Below the pieces are notes generated by a model. It was not told the DNA's origin. It searched no databases and saw only the letters and a program-made list of their open reading frames with translations. Below are positions 60,106-64,000 of a stretch of DNA of 64,000 nucleotides, one piece after another. Position numbers and translations under genes: made by a program. Each line of letters opens with the position of its first letter. Position 1 is the first letter of the stretch. Source of the stretch: Nitrospirota bacterium (GTDB lineage: Bacteria; Nitrospirota; Thermodesulfovibrionia; Thermodesulfovibrionales; Dissulfurispiraceae); the NCBI GenBank assembly GCA_963790025.1, contig CAWBMP010000005.1:224001-288000 (forward strand), in the 5' to 3' direction.

Positions 60106-62556
60106 ATGACTGATAAAATAGATATTCCTGTAACCGGCATGACCTGTGCTGCCTGTGCCGCTGCTATAGAAAGGACCTTGCCTCGCATCAACGGTGTAAA
60201 AACAGCGGCTGTAAATTTTCCGGCCGAAAGGGCCACTGTTGAATTTACCGACCAAAAGGAACCCGTTCCTCTGCAGGTCATCATTGAAGCCATAAAGGGC
60301 GAAGGATATGGGGTTGCGTCGGTAAAAATGAATTTCGCAGTCAGGGGAATGACCTGTGCTGCATGCGTCGGAGCCGTTGAAAGCGCACTGAAGGCACTTT
60401 ACGGCGTTTTGAATGTTTCGGTAAACCTTGCGGCTGAAAAGGCTGCTGTTGAATATATACCTACTATCGTCGGGTTCGAGGAATTTAAACGTGTTGTCAA
60501 AGAAGCGGGATATGCTGCAGAACAGCTGACCGATGAGTTTGTCGACACTGAACGCGAGCGCAGGGAAAGGGAATACCTGACGCTGCGCAAGCAATTTATT
60601 ATCAGCGCTGCAATGACCGTACCTATTTTCATCGGCAATATGCTGTCTGTTCCATTGCTTTCAAGCTGGTATCTGCTCTTTGCTCTTGCAACGCCGGTCC
60701 AATTCTGGAGCGGCATGCGCTTCCACCGTGCGGCCTTGTCTGCCCTAAAACACGGCACGACAAATATGAATACACTTATCAGTGTCGGGACCAATGCCGC
60801 ATTTATTTACAGCTCAGTGGCAACCTTTGCACCGGGATTGTTTATTGCAGGAGGCGTAGCCCCACAGGTATATTTTGATACCTCCGCTGCCATAATAACG
60901 CTGATCCTTCTCGGCAGGCTGCTCGAAGCAAGGGCAAAAGGGAAGACCTCGGAGGCCATAAGGAAACTAATGGGACTTCAGGCAAAGACCGCTGCTGTTG
61001 TGCGTGACGGTGAGGAGGTCGAGATTTTGATCGAGGAACTGGCAGCCGGCGACATAGTGGTGGTCAGACCGGGTGGCAGGATACCGGTGGATGGGACAGT
61101 GGTAAGCGGCTATTCGACAGTTGATGAATCCATGCTTACCGGGGAAAGCCTGCCCGTAGATAAAATAGAGGGAGACAACGTATTCAGCGGTACAGTGAAC
61201 AAGGCAGGCAGTTTCAGGCTCCGGGCGCTGAAAATAGGCAAGGAGACGATGCTTGCGCAGATTATAAGGCTCGTGGAAGCTGCGCAGGGGAGCAAGGCGC
61301 CGATCCAGCGGCTCGCAGACAAGATTGCTTCGATCTTTGTCCCCGTTGTTATCAGCATCGCTGCCCTTACTTTCATAATATGGCTTATTGCGGGACCGGC
61401 CCCGTCATTTACGCTTGCCTTGATGAATTTCATAGCGGTGCTGATTATCGCGTGCCCCTGCTCGTTGGGACTTGCTACGCCTACGGCAATCATGGTCGGT
61501 ACAGGCAAAGGGGCTGAAAACGGCATACTGATAAGGGACGCCCAGGCATTGGAATTGTCCCATAAAATCGGGGTCGTTATAATGGATAAAACTGGTACTA
61601 TCACAAAAGGAGAGCCTGAAGTACTGGATATTGCTGCTGCGGTAGGCATGTCGCCTGATGCTGTCCTCAAGATTGCCGCAGCGGCGGAAAAACTGTCTGA
61701 ACATCCTCTCGGCAAGGCAATAGTAAAGAAGGCTGTTGAAAAGGGTTTGGTTATGGCCGCTCCCCTGGATTTTACGGCCTCGCCTGGTGGCGGCATAAGG
61801 GCAAAAGTCCTGGATGACGGAAGGGAAAAAGAGGTTTTTATCGGCAATGAGAGAATGCTCCGTAATGAGGGCATCGACTTAAGTCCTGTTATGGATATGG
61901 CCCGTCATACTGCATCCGGGGGCAGGACTCCGGTTTTCATTGCTGCTGATAAAAATGTGATTGGCGTTATCTCAATAGCCGATGCGATTAAGGAAGGGTC
62001 GTCAGATGCCATAAAGGATTTACAGTCTATGCGTATAGAGGTTATAATGATAACTGGCGATCATCTGGGCACGGCAGAAGCAATAGCAAAGGAAGTCGGG
62101 ATTAAAACATTCTTTGCCGATGTGCTGCCGGGGGAGAAAGTCGAAATCGTAAAGAGAATAAAGTCCGGTGGAAAAGTAACAGCTATGGTCGGAGACGGGA
62201 TTAATGATGCACCTGCGCTGGCTGAAGCCGATGTTGGTATTGCTATAGGCACCGGCACTGATATCGCAATCGAAGCCTCCGGTCTGACCCTGATTAAAGG
62301 GGACCTGAAAAGCGTAGCGGACGCCATAAGGTTGAGCAAACTTACCATCAGGACCATAAAGCAGAACCTTTTCTGGGCTTTTTTTTACAATGCCGTCGGC
62401 ATTCCAATTGCCGCAGGGGTGCTCTACCCGTTTGGAGGCCCGTTGCTTAATCCTATGTTTGCATCAGCAGCAATGGCGTTCAGTTCTGTTTCCGTAGTAA
62501 GCAACTCTTTGCGGCTGCGGGGAAAGAATCTGCAGAAAAGTTTTCCGGAGGACTGA
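60106..62556 (+). CDS. copA: Cu(I)-translocating P1B-type ATPase
   Basis: Two GMTCAAC metal-binding domains, CPC, DKTGT, SEHP, GDGIND, YN and MAFSS. Confidence 0.94.
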   Translation: MTDKIDIPVTGMTCAACAAAIERTLPRINGVKTAAVNFPAERATVEFTDQKEPVPLQVIIEAIKGEGYGVASVKMNFAVRGMTCAACVGAVESALKALYGVLNVSVNLAAEKAAVEYIPTIVGFEEFKRVVKEAGYAAEQLTDEFVDTERERREREYLTLRKQFIISAAMTVPIFIGNMLSVPLLSSWYLLFALATPVQFWSGMRFHRAALSALKHGTTNMNTLISVGTNAAFIYSSVATFAPGLFIAGGVAPQVYFDTSAAIITLILLGRLLEARAKGKTSEAIRKLMGLQAKTAAVVRDGEEVEILIEELAAGDIVVVRPGGRIPVDGTVVSGYSTVDESMLTGESLPVDKIEGDNVFSGTVNKAGSFRLRALKIGKETMLAQIIRLVEAAQGSKAPIQRLADKIASIFVPVVISIAALTFIIWLIAGPAPSFTLALMNFIAVLIIACPCSLGLATPTAIMVGTGKGAENGILIRDAQALELSHKIGVVIMDKTGTITKGEPEVLDIAAAVGMSPDAVLKIAAAAEKLSEHPLGKAIVKKAVEKGLVMAAPLDFTASPGGGIRAKVLDDGREKEVFIGNERMLRNEGIDLSPVMDMARHTASGGRTPVFIAADKNVIGVISIADAIKEGSSDAIKDLQSMRIEVIMITGDHLGTAEAIAKEVGIKTFFADVLPGEKVEIVKRIKSGGKVTAMVGDGINDAPALAEADVGIAIGTGTDIAIEASGLTLIKGDLKSVADAIRLSKLTIRTIKQNLFWAFFYNAVGIPIAAGVLYPFGGPLLNPMFASAAMAFSSVSVVSNSLRLRGKNLQKSFPED

Positions 62557-63674
62557 TGCAGAGAAAAGTATATGTTGCTGATGATGTCTCTATAAATATA
62601 GAGCTTGTAGAGTCCGTTTTCAGAAATGATCCCGACCTTTTGATAAGAAAGGCCGAGAACGGACAGGAACTCATGGCATGTATTGAAAGCCACGGCTTTC
62701 CCGACCTCCTCATCCTCGATCTGATGATGCCGGTAATGGACGGCTTCGATGTGCTAAGGAATTTGAAGAAGGCGAGGGAGGCGAGATACTTTCCTGTTAT
62801 AGTCCTTTCCGCGCTGTCCGACAAGCAGAGCATTGTCAAGGCCCTGTCCATGGGGGCGGACGACTATGTTACCAAACCGTTCTTTGTCGAGGAACTAAAG
62901 GCGCGGGTCAGCAATATGCTGAAGCTGAAGGAGAGGGATGAATATTTAAATACGTCGCTTGATGTAATGGAATCAAATCTCATCGAGAAGTTGCAGATGC
63001 TCGAGAGCACCCAATTGGAAGTTATTATCAAATTGGGCACGGCTGCTGAATTCAGGGATGATGAGACCGGAAGGCATATTGAGCGTATTGCTGCTTACGT
63101 TGACTTAATAAGCGATAAAATGAGCGTGAACCGCGAACTGCGTATCATGATGCAATACGCCGCTCCCATGCATGATGTCGGCAAAATAGGCATTCCGGAC
63201 GCGGTGCTCATGAAGCCGGGGAAACTCACCAGCGAGGAATTTAACATAATAAAGCTCCATACGCTGATCGGCGGCAAAATTTTGAGCGGAACAAACCTTC
63301 CGCTGCTTGAACTTGCGAAGGAAATAGCCATTACCCATCACGAACGTTGGGACGGGTCCGGCTATCCTTTGGGTCTTAAAGGTAATGATATACCTGTATC
63401 GGGCAGGGTGGTTGCCGTCACGGATGTTTTTGACGCGATTACCTCGGAAAGGGTGTACAAATCAGCATGGCCTATTGAAAGGGCGCTGGAATATATAAAT
63501 GATATGAGGGGTAAACAGTTCGATCCCGATGTCATCGATGCCTTTTTTGCAATAGAGACTGAAATAATAGAGGTGAGAAAGGTAAAAAAAGATCTGCCTG
63601 TGGCCAAACCTATGATTCATCAAATTATAGATGGCGATATCAGTTTTGAACAACTGATTCAGCAATGGAGATAA
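62556..63674 (+). CDS. Response regulator with HD-GYP c-di-GMP phosphodiesterase domain
   Basis: Receiver (ADD, LDLMMP, KP) plus HDVGKIG and HHERWDGSGYP. Confidence 0.92.
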   Translation: MQRKVYVADDVSINIELVESVFRNDPDLLIRKAENGQELMACIESHGFPDLLILDLMMPVMDGFDVLRNLKKAREARYFPVIVLSALSDKQSIVKALSMGADDYVTKPFFVEELKARVSNMLKLKERDEYLNTSLDVMESNLIEKLQMLESTQLEVIIKLGTAAEFRDDETGRHIERIAAYVDLISDKMSVNRELRIMMQYAAPMHDVGKIGIPDAVLMKPGKLTSEEFNIIKLHTLIGGKILSGTNLPLLELAKEIAITHHERWDGSGYPLGLKGNDIPVSGRVVAVTDVFDAITSERVYKSAWPIERALEYINDMRGKQFDPDVIDAFFAIETEIIEVRKVKKDLPVAKPMIHQIIDGDISFEQLIQQWR

Positions 63675-63680
63675 TTGACG

Positions 63681-64000
63681 TTGACCGTGAACTCTGAAGT
63701 TTTGGCTGTAAACGGAGAACGGTCAGCGACGGACCATGGTTCCCTCCTTGTCATCCCCCTGGGCGGCCTTGAAGAGATAGGCCTCAATATGACGGTTTTT
63801 CAATATGCCGGTGAACTTATAATTGTGGACGCCGGTCTTATGTTTCCGGAAGAGGACATGCTGGGTGTGGATTTCGTCATCCCTGATTTCTCATACGTTA
63901 TGGAGAACAGGGAGAAATTAAAGGGGATAGTCATTACCCATGGCCATGAAGACCACACCGGCGCCTTGCCTTTCCTGTTGAAGGAATTCAATGTACCCGT
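63681..64000 (+). CDS. rnj: Ribonuclease J, 3'-truncated by the window (start approximate)
   Basis: My translation: IPLGGLEEIGLNM...VDAGLMFP...GVDFVIPD...THGHEDHTG. Confidence 0.92.
   Translation, partial: MTVNSEVLAVNGERSATDHGSLLVIPLGGLEEIGLNMTVFQYAGELIIVDAGLMFPEEDMLGVDFVIPDFSYVMENREKLKGIVITHGHEDHTGALPFLLKEFNVP

Overview
Gene-dense bacterial chromosomal window. Gene content and style suggest an anaerobic Nitrospirota/Desulfobacterota-like organism (inference only). 1-24.7 kb: an energy/redox block of cytochrome b-diheme c fusion, short-form gnd coupled to a complete E. coli-type nuoA-N operon (fused NuoCD), qor, and tkt-tal-rpiB-zwf-pgl. 24.7-28 kb: a mobile patch with a RAYT/Y1 HUH transposase flanked by REP-like repeats; a frameshifted IS110 sits in one repeat, and its left end folds like a bridge RNA with guide-like matches to its own ends and to the REP. 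28-46 kb: dsrC/tusE, mec, cysM, P-type H+-ATPase, HtrA protease, acyl-CoA synthetase, hydroxy-acid oxidase, sigma54-driven tandem membrane proteins, a lexA(umuD-like)-dinB cassette with an SOS box, and kup. 46-55.4 kb: the most unusual protein-coding locus, three paralogues fusing an MshEN-like domain to 2-3 heptad-extended DUF202-like membrane modules, followed by a histidine kinase, a receiver protein and a PEP-synthase-like dikinase. 55.5-64 kb: second HtrA, MFS, PP2C, copA, HD-GYP regulator and the start of RNase J. Many gene junctions carry MITE-like or periodic-repeat palindromes. No rRNA, tRNA or CRISPR array was seen. All family calls are by eye from motifs; no searches were run.
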